From Coleofasciculus chthonoplastes F2-STO-03 (lineage in GTDB: Bacteria; Cyanobacteriota; Cyanobacteriia; Cyanobacteriales; Coleofasciculaceae): 45,725 bases of DNA. Below, one piece after another: positions 8,142 to 18,333 of this stretch. The stretch is from assembly GCA_040222015.1 (NCBI GenBank), contig JAVJWO010000218.1, positions 1 to 45,725 on the forward strand, written 5' to 3'. How positions within the stretch are numbered: the first letter of the stretch is position 1; every line of letters begins with the position of its first letter. The notes below the pieces were generated by a model. That model made no database searches. It had not been told where the DNA came from and saw nothing but the letters and a program-made list of their open reading frames with translations. The translations under genes were made by a program, and so were the position numbers.

Positions 8142-10709
8142 TCAACCTGTCACCACAAAATTGACCAGCTTGCCAGGTACAACAATCACCTTTTTCACCG
8201 TCTTACCTGTGATATAACGCTGGGCAACCTCTGACTCCCTGGCGTACTGTTCCAACGCTGATTTATCAGAATCAGCGGGAACCTGAATTGTGCCACGGGT
8301 TTTACCCATGATTTGAATCACCAGGGTAATCTCATCGGCGACTAATGCCTCTGGTTCAAAGGTACACCAAGGTTGTAGGTGTACTGAATCTGTATGACCA
8401 ATGCCATGCCATAACTCCTCGGCAATATGGGGGGCAAAGGGGGCTAATAATAGAATCAGGGTGTTGATTCCTTCGGCGTAAACGGGGGAGTCTTTGCACT
8501 TAGCATCACCGAGGGCGTTGCTGAGTTTCATTAACTCGGAAACGGCTGTATTAAATTGATACTCCCCAGCTAAATCATCGGTAACTTCTTTAATCGCCGT
8601 GTGAATTGCCCGTCGTAGGTCTTTTTCCGGTTTAGTTAACTCATTGGGAGTGGTGGTGGAACGATTAGTTCCTTTGGCGACAAACTCCTCCACCAAACGC
8701 CAAACCCGGTTCAGGAAACGGAACTGCCCTTCCACATCTGCATCATCCCATTCCAAGTCTTTTTCTGGAGGGGCTTTAAATAGGATAAACATCCGGGCGG
8801 TATCCGCACCATATTTGTTAATTACCGCTTCAGGTGCAACACCGTTATATTTAGATTTGGACATGGTTTTGTAGGACACCTCCAGGGTTTCCCCGGTTTC
8901 TGGGTCTTTGGGGTCATTGGGGTTGACTTCCACCGAGGGAATCCATTTCCCAGTTTTGGGGTTCATATAGGTTAACCCCTGTACCATCCCTTGAGTTAAT
9001 AGACGCTGGAACGGTTCATCAAAATTGAGTAAGCCGCGATCGCGCAAAACTTTAGTGAAGAAACGGGAGTACAATAGGTGCAAAATCGCGTGTTCGATAC
9101 CACCCACGTACTGGTCTACAGGCATCCAGTCATTAGTTTTACTAGAGTCAAACACCTGCTGGTGATTATTCGCATCAGGATAACGCAGGAAATACCACGA
9201 CGAATCAATAAACGTATCCATCGTATCCGTTTCCCGTCTCGCGGCTGTACCACAGGTGGGACAAGGCACATCTACCCATCCCTCCACCTGGGATAACGAA
9301 GCGACACGCCCCCCACTCATCGCTACATTCTCCGGTAATTCTACAGGCAAATCTTGCTCCGGAACCGGGACAATCCCACAGTCAGGACAGTAAATCACCG
9401 GAATCGGTGCGCCCCAGTAGCGTTGGCGAGAAATTAACCAATCCCGCAGGCGGTACTGTACCCGGGCTTTCCCCCATCCTTTACGTTCGGCATATTTGAC
9501 AATCTCTTCTTTGGCGGCGATGGATTCCATCCCATTGAACAAGTCAGAATTCACCACCACACCGGGTTCAGTATACGCCTGTTTCGGTTCAGCTTTCGGG
9601 TCAGCCGCATCTGCTTCTACAATCACCGTCTTGATGGGTAACGTCTGTTCCGTAGCAAATTGGAAATCTCGTGCATCATGGGCAGGAACACCCATCACCG
9701 CCCCTGTACCATATTCATATAGCACGTAATCGGCAATCCAAATCGGGATTTCTTCCCCAGTAAACGGATTAATCGCCTTACCCCCAGTGGGAATACCGCG
9801 TTTCGGCTTATCCTCAGCCGTGCGTTCCAGTTCGCTTTCCTGAGTTACCTCGTTAATAAAGGCGTCAACCTCAGCTTTTCGGTCAGGAGTCGTAACCTTT
9901 GGGGTTAAGGGATGTTCCGGCGCTAACACCACATAGGTGACGCCATAAACCGTATCTGGGCGAGTGGTAAAGACACCGATTTTTTCATCCAAGTCGATTA
10001 TGGGAAACTCTAAATAAGCGCCGATGGACTTGCCAATCCAGTTGGCTTGCATCAACTTCACCCGTTCGGGCCATCCCTCCAGCTTATCTAAGTCGTTGAG
10101 TAATTGTTCGGCATAATCAGTAATTTTCAGGAACCACTGACGTAAGAGTTTCCGTTCCACTTTCGCACCAGAACGCCAGGAACGTCCCTCGCTATCTACT
10201 TGTTCATTGGCGAGTACAGTTTGGTCAATTGGGTCCCAGTTGACAGCGGCTTCTTTCTGATAGGCTAATCCAGCGTGGAGAAACTGCAAGAAAATCCACT
10301 GCGTCCACTGGTAATAGTCCGGCGCACAGGTTGCCAATTCCCGGTTCCAATCGTAGGACAATCCCAGACGCTTTAACTCAGACTGCATCTGAGCAATATT
10401 TTGGTATGTCCACTTGGCGGGATGAACGCCGCGCTGAATCGCCGCATTTTCCGCAGGTAGCCCAAAGGCATCCCAACCCATCGGATGCAGGACGCGATAG
10501 CCTTGCATCCGGCTTTTGCGGGCAATGACATCGGTAATCGTATAGTTACGGACGTGACCCATGTGCAGGTTGCCCGATGGATAGGGAAACATCGACAGGG
10601 CATAGAATTTGGGCTTATCTGCCTTGTCCTGGGTTTGGTCTAAGTTTTGGTGTGACCAACGGGTTTGCCACTTTTCCTCTATCTCGGCGGGGTTATAACG
10701 CGACTCCAC
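8142..10709 (-). CDS. leuS: Leucine--tRNA ligase
   Basis: MFPYPSG.LHMGH (HIGH), [15 protein letters not shown] (KMSKS variant); GTG start. Confidence 0.98.
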   Translation of the reverse strand: MESRYNPAEIEEKWQTRWSHQNLDQTQDKADKPKFYALSMFPYPSGNLHMGHVRNYTITDVIARKSRMQGYRVLHPMGWDAFGLPAENAAIQRGVHPAKWTYQNIAQMQSELKRLGLSYDWNRELATCAPDYYQWTQWIFLQFLHAGLAYQKEAAVNWDPIDQTVLANEQVDSEGRSWRSGAKVERKLLRQWFLKITDYAEQLLNDLDKLEGWPERVKLMQANWIGKSIGAYLEFPIIDLDEKIGVFTTRPDTVYGVTYVVLAPEHPLTPKVTTPDRKAEVDAFINEVTQESELERTAEDKPKRGIPTGGKAINPFTGEEIPIWIADYVLYEYGTGAVMGVPAHDARDFQFATEQTLPIKTVIVEADAADPKAEPKQAYTEPGVVVNSDLFNGMESIAAKEEIVKYAERKGWGKARVQYRLRDWLISRQRYWGAPIPVIYCPDCGIVPVPEQDLPVELPENVAMSGGRVASLSQVEGWVDVPCPTCGTAARRETDTMDTFIDSSWYFLRYPDANNHQQVFDSSKTNDWMPVDQYVGGIEHAILHLLYSRFFTKVLRDRGLLNFDEPFQRLLTQGMVQGLTYMNPKTGKWIPSVEVNPNDPKDPETGETLEVSYKTMSKSKYNGVAPEAVINKYGADTARMFILFKAPPEKDLEWDDADVEGQFRFLNRVWRLVEEFVAKGTNRSTTTPNELTKPEKDLRRAIHTAIKEVTDDLAGEYQFNTAVSELMKLSNALGDAKCKDSPVYAEGINTLILLLAPFAPHIAEELWHGIGHTDSVHLQPWCTFEPEALVADEITLVIQIMGKTRGTIQVPADSDKSALEQYARESEVAQRYITGKTVKKVIVVPGKLVNFVVTG

Positions 10710-10819
10710 AAAAGAATCTCCTACAGGGTTGAACTCATCCGTTCTAACAATTTTGGCATATCATCAAGGGTGACGGGGGATGGGGAGTTTACTTTTGACG
10801 CGAGGTAAGTGTTGAGGGT

Positions 10820-10882
10820 GTAGGGGCGGGTAATGGAACTTTGTTTTCGCTGTTGATGATAACGTTTGTGCAAAACCCGCCC
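10820..10882. repeat. REP-like inverted repeat
   Basis: GTAGGGGCGGGT...AAAACCCGCCC. Confidence 0.75.
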
Positions 10883-11023
10883 TGACTTGACCCTTCGCTG
10901 CACTCAAAGACATGGTTTTGATTTGATGACTGGCATGCGCCCAGAAAACCAGCAAGGTTTGCTTGCGAGGTAAAAAACCGTAAAATCTATTCCCCTGTTC
11001 CCTTTTCCCCGTTCCCTTAAACT

Positions 11024-11911
11024 ATGATTTTCATTAATCCGAAAACAGACTTTGCCTTTAAGAAAATATTTGGCTCTGAGCAAAGTAAAGAAATCCTGAT
11101 TAGTTTTTTAAATGCCCTCCTCTACGGCGGACGCAGTATTATTGAAGATTTAGAAATTATCAATCCCTATCTAGCACCTAAAATTCAGGGAATTAAAGAT
11201 ACCTACTTAGATGTCAAAGCCCGACTCACCGCTAATACAACGGTCATTATTGAAATGCAAGTCTTGAATCTAGAAGGGTTTGAGAAGCGGATATTGTATA
11301 ACGCCGCCAAAGCCTATTCCATTCAATTGGAACCCGGAGAAGATTATACGCTTCTGAGTCCAGTGATTGCCTTGACAATCACTGACTTTGAAATGTTCCA
11401 GGATTTGCCCCAGGTGACTTCTAACTTTGTCCTCAAAGAAAAGAATGTATTGACCGATTACCCAATTAATGACTTAGAGTTAGTCTTTGTTGAATTACCC
11501 AAGTTTACGAAAACTCTAGAAGACTTAGAAAGCCTAGCCGATAAATGGATATACTTTATCAAAAGTGCCAGACAATTAGAGACGATTCCCGAAATCATGG
11601 CACAAGTTCCCGAAATTCGCAGAGCTTTTGAAGTGGCAAATCAAGCCAATATGACTCGTGAAGAGTTAGAAGTATTAGAACAGCGAGAAATCTATATTCA
11701 CGATCAACGGAATGCGATTCGACTAGCATTAAGACAGGGAATTGAACAGGGTATCGAAGTCGGGCGAGAACAGGGCATCGAAGTTGGACGAGAACAGGGT
11801 ATTCAGGAATCTAAAATAGAAATAGCTAGGCAAATGCTAGGAGTGTTAGATGAAGAGACGATTAGTCGCATTACTGGCTTGAGTCTGGAAGAGGTGCGAC
11901 GGTTGATGTAG
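11024..11911 (+). CDS. Rpn family PD-(D/E)XK nuclease / putative transposase (PDDEXK_2)
   Basis: NPKTDFAFKKIFG, LDV, IIEMQV; C-terminal EQGIEVGR repeats. Confidence 0.9.
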   Translation: MIFINPKTDFAFKKIFGSEQSKEILISFLNALLYGGRSIIEDLEIINPYLAPKIQGIKDTYLDVKARLTANTTVIIEMQVLNLEGFEKRILYNAAKAYSIQLEPGEDYTLLSPVIALTITDFEMFQDLPQVTSNFVLKEKNVLTDYPINDLELVFVELPKFTKTLEDLESLADKWIYFIKSARQLETIPEIMAQVPEIRRAFEVANQANMTREELEVLEQREIYIHDQRNAIRLALRQGIEQGIEVGREQGIEVGREQGIQESKIEIARQMLGVLDEETISRITGLSLEEVRRLM

Positions 11912-12049
11912 AAATGGTTATTGTGAGGCAAGTTTACCTGGATTAGATGGCTTTGGGTTCTGGAATCGGAACCTCTTCAAAAGAAGTCATAAGTAGGGTC
12001 TGCTGCACAAGTCGGAAACCTATTAATTGTAGGGACGGGTTTAGGCAGG

Positions 12050-12112
12050 GTAGGGGCGGGTTTAGGGACTAACGCTAATTAAGAGCTGATAACTGAACAA
12101 CAAAACCCGCCC
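12050..12112. repeat. REP-like inverted repeat
   Basis: GTAGGGGCGGGTTT...AAAACCCGCCC. Confidence 0.75.
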
Positions 12113-12264
12113 TTATTCAACCCGATAATTGACCAACAAAATCCGCCTTTAGATGCTTCGCTTCGCTCAGCATGACAGATTCTACCAGAAAGCAATACGT
12201 TGAGACAAACCCCTCCCTAACCCTCCCCTTATCAAGAGGAGGGAATTCAAATTCATAATTCAAT

Positions 12265-13686
12265 TCAATTGCATCGCCAAATCTTAATCGTTTTATCCGC
12301 ACTCCCACTGACAATAATTTGCCCATCTAAACTAATCGCAATTGTATGTACAGCAGCCGTATGTCCTTTCAGCGTGCGAAGTTTCCGCCCTTTTCTAACC
12401 TGCCACAATTTAATCGTTTTATCGGCGCTACCACTAGCAAGAATTTGTCCATCGGGACTAAATGCTACCGCATTTACAGTATCATGATGCCCTTTTAAGG
12501 TTCGCAATATCCGTCCACTACTGAGTTGCCAGAGTTTAATCGTTCCATCGGCACTCCCACTGGCTATAATCTGCCCATCGGAACTAAATGCTATCCCATT
12601 TACGGTATCAGTATGACCTGTAAGTGTATGCAATTCCCGCGCCTTTCCCACCTGCCATAATTTAATCGTTTTATCGGTGCTACCACTGGCGATAATCTTG
12701 CCATCTGGACTAATGGCAACTCCATTGACTCCAGCAGTATGACCCTTAAATGTGCGTAGTTCTCGCCCCTTAACCAGAGACCACAGTTTAATCGTTTTAT
12801 CATCGCTACCACTGGCAATTAACTTACCATCGGGACTAATTGTCACCGATTTCACCCCAGCAAATAAACCGGAATGTCCGGTTAAGGTTCGCCGTTCCTT
12901 CCCGGTACTAATTTGCCAAAGTTTAATGGTTTTATCATTCCCCCCACTCACCAACATTTTCCCATCGGGACTAATCGCAATGGATTGAACATAGCCAAAC
13001 CTACCTGCATGTCCTTTGAGAGTTTGCTGTTCCTTTCCCGTTTGCACATCCCATAATTTAATTTTTCCATCTGTACTACCACTAACCACTGTTTCTCGAT
13101 CTGGACTAATTGCAACGGCGTAGACAAAGTAAGTATGACCTTTGAGAGTATGAACACAGCGCCAGTTCTGCTGGAGTGGCTGCAAGACTACATTTTGGAG
13201 CTTACTAATGCAGAAAAGGACATCTTGATAGTCTCGCAAATCTTGCTGTTGCCAATACAGACTAGCGGCTTGATTAAAATCCGCGATCGCATATCGGTAT
13301 TCGCCCAGTTGAGAATACGCCAGTCCGCGATATTTATAGGCTTTAACCAAGTCAACATCCAGCCAGATAGCTTTACTAAAATAGTCGATTGCTTGCTGAT
13401 ATTGACAACCCTTTGCCAGTTCCATTCCCCACTGGTAATAGGTTGTCGCATCCACATCTTGGTCAATCTCTGGCTGAGGTAAAACCGGAGTGTATGACTT
13501 CAGATTTTGGTAAGCCTCATTGATTTTTTTAAGTTCTTCTTGTCCTTTAGCTTGTCGTTGCGGATCATCAGGAAAACGATCCGGATGCCAACGTCTAGCT
13601 AATTCCCGATAGGCTTGTTTAATTTCCGCTAAAGACGCACCCGGTTGCAGTCCCAAAATTATATAATACTGATTAATCTGATCCAT
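12265..13686 (-). CDS. DnaJ-TPR-WD40 repeat protein
   Basis: J-domain with HPD (RWHPDRF), two TPR-like helical pairs, seven GH...W repeats. Confidence 0.92.
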   Translation of the reverse strand: MDQINQYYIILGLQPGASLAEIKQAYRELARRWHPDRFPDDPQRQAKGQEELKKINEAYQNLKSYTPVLPQPEIDQDVDATTYYQWGMELAKGCQYQQAIDYFSKAIWLDVDLVKAYKYRGLAYSQLGEYRYAIADFNQAASLYWQQQDLRDYQDVLFCISKLQNVVLQPLQQNWRCVHTLKGHTYFVYAVAISPDRETVVSGSTDGKIKLWDVQTGKEQQTLKGHAGRFGYVQSIAISPDGKMLVSGGNDKTIKLWQISTGKERRTLTGHSGLFAGVKSVTISPDGKLIASGSDDKTIKLWSLVKGRELRTFKGHTAGVNGVAISPDGKIIASGSTDKTIKLWQVGKARELHTLTGHTDTVNGIAFSSDGQIIASGSADGTIKLWQLSSGRILRTLKGHHDTVNAVAFSPDGQILASGSADKTIKLWQVRKGRKLRTLKGHTAAVHTIAISLDGQIIVSGSADKTIKIWRCN

Positions 13687-13689
13687 AAA

Positions 13690-13885
13690 ACTGATGCATT
13701 ATGAATTTTAACATTATGACGGTGAATAAACTCTAGCAATTGCAGCAAACTATTGAGTAAGTCTCGAATTTGCTGTTCAGTGAAAGCACCTTGAGCGATT
13801 AACATTTGAGCTAAATCGTACCCAGGAATATATTCTTGTACCAAATACTGGCGATTATCCCGATTAAAATGGGCAAACTTATTTG
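13690..13885 (-). pseudogene. Internal fragment of a Ser/Thr kinase (boundaries approximate)
   Basis: FAHFNRDNRQYLVQEYIPGYDLAQML...LLEFIHRHN matches kinase subdomains IV-VIa; no Gly loop, HRD or DFG. Confidence 0.75.
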
Positions 13886-13932
13886 TCAGGGAACAGGGAA
13901 CAGGCAATAGGCAATTAAAATTTATACCTAAT

Positions 13933-14847
13933 TCATTGGGTATTATCTTGTAACCAAGCGGTTAAATCGGTAACATCAGTAAACGTCAGGACAGCATCGG
14001 CTAATGCTTCTAATTGCCCAGAGGGTAATTGACGAAGGCGGGTTTGCAGTTCCGGCGCGATCGCTCCGATACGACGTTCTAATAAACGCAAGATTAATCC
14101 AATTTCTCCTTCTTGTCTCCCTTGTTCTAAACCCTGTTCAATGCCTTTCAAAATAGCACCTTGTTGGTCTTCTAGAAACATCTGTTGCTTCTCTAGCGTT
14201 TCTAATTCTTCCAGGGTTAAGTTCGCTTGATTCGCAATTCTAAACGCTTTTTGAATAGCCACCACTTCATCCATTTTTTCCGGTACACTGTCTAGATTGC
14301 TCGTTTGTTTCATGAAATAAATCCATTTATCGGTTAAACTCTCTAATTCATTTAATTCTTTTTGAAAATTCGGTAATTCTACAAAAACTAATTCTAGAGA
14401 ACGTTCAGGATATATAAATAAATCCTGCATATCGGCAAAAGTAAATCGGGAAATAACTTTATTTCGCTGAGGAAACATTTGAAAGTCTGTAATTGTTAAA
14501 GCAATGACAGAATTCAGTTTAGAGTATCCTTCACCCGATTTAAGTTGAGTAGCAAAGGTTTTAGCCGCATTGAAGACAACTCTTTTATCAAAAGCGACGA
14601 CATTTAAGACTTGCATTTCAATGATGACGATTTTATTTCCGGTGATTTTTGCCTTAACGTCCAGAAACGTATCTTTTAGAGCAGGAATATTCGGCGGCAA
14701 ATACGGATCAATAATTTCCAAGTCTTCTATGATTGGATTACCTTCATAGAGAAGCGCATTTAAAAAACTTATTAGGATATCTTTACTATCGGTAGATCCG
14801 AATATTTTCTTGAAAGCAAAGTATGTTTTTGGGTTGATAAAAGTCAT
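13933..14847 (-). CDS. Rpn family PD-(D/E)XK nuclease with DUF4351-like C-terminus
   Basis: NPKTYFAFKKIFG, LDV, IIEMQV; C-terminal LILRLLERRIG...QLEALADAVLTF...WL. Confidence 0.88.
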   Translation of the reverse strand: MTFINPKTYFAFKKIFGSTDSKDILISFLNALLYEGNPIIEDLEIIDPYLPPNIPALKDTFLDVKAKITGNKIVIIEMQVLNVVAFDKRVVFNAAKTFATQLKSGEGYSKLNSVIALTITDFQMFPQRNKVISRFTFADMQDLFIYPERSLELVFVELPNFQKELNELESLTDKWIYFMKQTSNLDSVPEKMDEVVAIQKAFRIANQANLTLEELETLEKQQMFLEDQQGAILKGIEQGLEQGRQEGEIGLILRLLERRIGAIAPELQTRLRQLPSGQLEALADAVLTFTDVTDLTAWLQDNTQ

Positions 14848-14930
14848 ATATCGATCCTAATTTAGTTGCTAAACTATAGTTTATCCTGGGGAACAACGAA
14901 GCAAATACTTCACCAATTATCGAGGTTGGC

Positions 14931-15058
14931 TAAGCTGTCACACATTTAAATTGGGAATGGGTAGCGAGCAAGATGCAAAGCCTGCGGCATGGCTTCGCTT
15001 AACGCATTACAAGGGTTTTGCCGTTTTTGACATTAAGGTTTAAATGCCGAACAGCTTA
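14931..15058. mobile_element. MITE-like element, copy 2 (inverted relative to 7137-7264)
   Basis: TAAGCTGT...ACAGCTTA ends; interior is the reverse complement of copy 1 with few changes. Confidence 0.8.
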
Positions 15059-15169
15059 TAGATAAGAGGGGACTATAAAATATTGTATTATGTTCTCAAG
15101 TTATTGACAGATAGAATCGCGATCGCGGCGCAAGGCTGACCGGACTGGAGTTCAGGCGCGATCGCACTC

Positions 15170-16408
15170 CTAAAGCCTACGCCATATCTTGATTGTTTTG
15201 TCACTACTCCCACTAATCAATCGCTGCCCATCGGGACTGAAAACCACGGATGTCACCGCCCCTGCATGGTCAGATAAAGTGTCAATTAACTCCCCATCCT
15301 CCAGATTCCAGAGTTTCAGGGTTTGGTCACAACTTCCACTGACTAGGGTTTTCCCATCCAGACTAAAGGTAAGACAGCGCACCTGATCAGTATGTCCCTT
15401 TAATGTATACCTTTCCTGTCCAGTTCTCATGTCCCATACTTTAATTGTACAGTCTGCACTTCCACTCGCCAGCCATTGTCCATCGGGGCTAAATATGACT
15501 GTATAAATTCCCCTTTGATGTCCGTTGAGTGTGATCGTATCGTTGCGAACAGAGGAACGCACATCCCAGAGTTTAATCATGCCATCCCGACTCCCACTCG
15601 CCAGGATTTGTCCATCGGGACTAAAGGCTACTGTATGAACTTTGTCCCCATGTCCTTTAAAAATGCGTCTTTGGGCTAAGGTATTAGCATCCCAAAGTTT
15701 AACGGTACAGTCAGCACTCCCACTCGCCAAGGTTAAACCATCGGGACTAAAGGCGACGGCGAGAAAATAGTAAAAATAGCCCTTTAGACTACGTTTCTGC
15801 TGTCCAGTGCGAGTATCCCACAGCTTAATCGTATGATCCGCACTACCACTGGCTAAGGTTTGTGCGTGAGGATTAAAGGAAATGGATAAAACTGGCTGGG
15901 AATGTCCTTTAAGGATGAGGTGTTTTTGTTCAGTTTGAATATCCCACAATTGGATTGTATTGTTAATCGTGTTAGTAGCGATAATTTGCCCGTCTGGATG
16001 AAGAGTCAGCGTAGTAATTGGCGCTAAATTTCCGGTGAGGGTGTTGACACATTGCCATCGGGGAATGGTGTCTGGTAAAAGCGGTTGAATTTCTACAGCA
16101 GGCTCAATCGTGGGAGAATTGGGTTCTGGGGTTGGGAATTGTGCGATCGCACCCTGTAATTCCGCAATCTGGGATTGGAGAGAGTCTAAGTTGGTAACTT
16201 GTTGCTGGAGGAGTGCGATCGCGGTTTCTGTCTGTTGATGAGTCTTCTGATCAAATCGCCCTCGATTAGCTAAATTTAATCCCAGAGTAATCGTAATCGG
16301 TGCGGCGGCGTAAACCGCCTGCTGAGTGGCGGCGGCGATAACCGTTCCCAATCCTGAACCAGCGAGGAAAAGGTATTCGGTAATCTTTAGCCAGTGGCGG
16401 TTACTCAT
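15170..16408 (-). CDS. WD40 repeat protein with N-terminal hydrophobic segment and coiled coil
   Basis: Seven WD repeats (GH...FSPDG...SGS.D.T.K.WD). Confidence 0.9.
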   Translation of the reverse strand: MSNRHWLKITEYLFLAGSGLGTVIAAATQQAVYAAAPITITLGLNLANRGRFDQKTHQQTETAIALLQQQVTNLDSLQSQIAELQGAIAQFPTPEPNSPTIEPAVEIQPLLPDTIPRWQCVNTLTGNLAPITTLTLHPDGQIIATNTINNTIQLWDIQTEQKHLILKGHSQPVLSISFNPHAQTLASGSADHTIKLWDTRTGQQKRSLKGYFYYFLAVAFSPDGLTLASGSADCTVKLWDANTLAQRRIFKGHGDKVHTVAFSPDGQILASGSRDGMIKLWDVRSSVRNDTITLNGHQRGIYTVIFSPDGQWLASGSADCTIKVWDMRTGQERYTLKGHTDQVRCLTFSLDGKTLVSGSCDQTLKLWNLEDGELIDTLSDHAGAVTSVVFSPDGQRLISGSSDKTIKIWRRL

Positions 16409-16562
16409 AGCGAGTGCAACGGAAAATGGGTTGCGGGATTAGCTAAAAGGGTAGCCTAATTTTCACAGCATCTGGCAAAATCAGGGAAGAACTCAAATTG
16501 AGCGATCGCGACCCATTTCCCGATACAATATCTGGGCATTGTCGCAGCAAAAGGTAGGCAAA

Positions 16563-17435
16563 ATGGTACAGGCAACGATTGGCATTATTGGCGGTAGCGG
16601 ACTTTACCAAATGGATGTCCTCAAAGATGTGCAAGAGGTGCAACTTGATACCCCCTTTGGTAAACCGTCTGATGCTTTAATTGTCGGCACTCTAGAAGGA
16701 ACGACCGTTGCCTTTCTTGCCCGTCATGGTCGTAACCATCATCTCATGCCCACTGAATTACCCTTCCGTGCCAATATCCACGCGATGAAACAGTTGGGCG
16801 TCAAGTACCTGATTTCCGCCTCAGCCGTGGGTTCTCTCCAGGAAGAAGCCAAACCTTTAGATATGGTCATACCCAATCAATTTATTGACCGCACCAAAAA
16901 TCGTGTATCTACCTTTTTCGGTGAGGGGATTGTGGCGCATATTGGCTTTGCTGAACCCGTATGTAATCAACTCGCCGAGGTTTTAGCTGATGCGGTGGCT
17001 AGCTTACAGTTAACTGATATCACCCTGCATCGCGGTGGCACCTACATCTGTATGGAAGGACCCGCCTTTTCCACTCAAGCTGAATCCCATCTCTACCGGA
17101 GTTGGGGCGCAACGGTGGTTGGAATGACTAATTTACCCGAAGCAAAACTAGCGCGAGAAGCAGAAATCGCCTACGCTACCTTAGCCCTAGTCACCGATTA
17201 TGATTGCTGGCATCCCGATCATGACAGCGTAACTGTAGAAATGGTGATTGGCAATTTACGGCGCAATGCGACGAATGCTCAACAGGTGATTCAAGAAACC
17301 GTGCGGCGTCTTGCCCAAAATCCACCCCCATCCGAGGCACACTCAGCGTTAAAGTACGCGATTTTGACCCCACTCGACAAAGCGCCAGAGGCAACGAAGC
17401 AGAAGTTAAGCCTCTTCTTGCAGAAATACTTGTAG
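16563..17435 (+). CDS. mtnP: S-methyl-5'-thioadenosine phosphorylase
   Basis: [41 protein letters not shown] 16563 preferred over the upstream TTG. Confidence 0.95.
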   Translation: MVQATIGIIGGSGLYQMDVLKDVQEVQLDTPFGKPSDALIVGTLEGTTVAFLARHGRNHHLMPTELPFRANIHAMKQLGVKYLISASAVGSLQEEAKPLDMVIPNQFIDRTKNRVSTFFGEGIVAHIGFAEPVCNQLAEVLADAVASLQLTDITLHRGGTYICMEGPAFSTQAESHLYRSWGATVVGMTNLPEAKLAREAEIAYATLALVTDYDCWHPDHDSVTVEMVIGNLRRNATNAQQVIQETVRRLAQNPPPSEAHSALKYAILTPLDKAPEATKQKLSLFLQKYL

Positions 17436-17609
17436 TCATTTGTCATTTGTCATTCGTCATTCGTCATTTGTTGATTGTTCATGGTTCATTGTTGATTGGT
17501 AGTCCTCTTCCCCTGCTCCCCCTGCTCCCCCTGCTCCCCCTGCTCCCCCTGCTCCCCCTGCTCCCCCTGCTCCCCCTGCTCCCCCTGCTCCCCTATCTCC
17601 CCTATCTCC
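17434..17609. repeat. STRR2-like (GTCATTT/C)x5 followed by (CCCCTGCTC)x~9
   Basis: Direct reading: heptamers from 17434, nonamers from 17510. Confidence 0.9.
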
Positions 17610-17769
17610 TCCCTCTAACTTCTGCCAGACTGAGAAAGTTTGCGTAATACAACGTAATATTAACAAACGTAAACTTATACCCATATTCACGTTTCCAATT
17701 GTGTATGATGGTTCGTATGACCCAACTGTATTACAGCGGCATCAAAAGATTTTCTCAAATCGCCGTTGT

Positions 17770-17900
17770 TACAGAAAGCCTCTGTTAGCTACAGGTTCCG
17801 ACCCTGGTTGAGAGATGGTTAACAGAGGTTGGGTTAACAGGGTGCATCTACTATTCAGACTCAGACGCTTATGTGTCCCTCGACTCTCTCATTCAACTAT
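17770..17900. ncRNA. Candidate structured non-coding RNA (strand and ends uncertain)
   Basis: 13-bp stem 17777-17789/17818-17830 enclosing the CAGG-TTCCGAC-CCTG hairpin, in a long intergenic region. Confidence 0.35.
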
Positions 17901-18333
17901 CTCATACAACATTATTTGTAATACAAAATAAAATTTTCGTAATACGTTGGCTGTAGTGAGAGCAATCTCCCAGAGGATAGTCTGAGTAAATCGCTCACGA
18001 TCCTGGGAGGTTTAATTAATTTATATGACAGGTAAAAAAAAGTTACTTACGCAAAAGCTGACGTTGCTAGCGTTTTAGGTTAGGGTTATGTATTAAGAGA
18101 GTTGTAAATTTCTGTAATCTCAACCGAGTAGTGGGAAGAAACCAAAGACAGGGTGTAGGGAATAGCGGCTGAGGACTAACGCTCGAAAGTCGCTGCTTCC
18201 ACCCGGAAGAGGAGAGAGAACATCTATGGGATATGTGAGTAATTTTTGAGGGAACGTTGCTATCTCACCGAACTCAACTCCCAGTTCATCCAAATTATTA
18301 CTCATGATGCTGCTGCTAATACAAATAGATTAA

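Noticed and set aside
8865..8880. TMSKS instead of KMSKS in LeuS as an inactivating change
   Set aside because: First-position variation is tolerated in class I synthetases, and the second Lys is retained
10721..10955. Leader peptides or a T-box upstream of leuS
   Set aside because: The ORFs run through a REP-like repeat, and no T-box consensus was seen
17447..17690. ORFs encoding (LPL)n and (GGA)n
   Set aside because: Translations of the CCCCTGCTC tandem repeat
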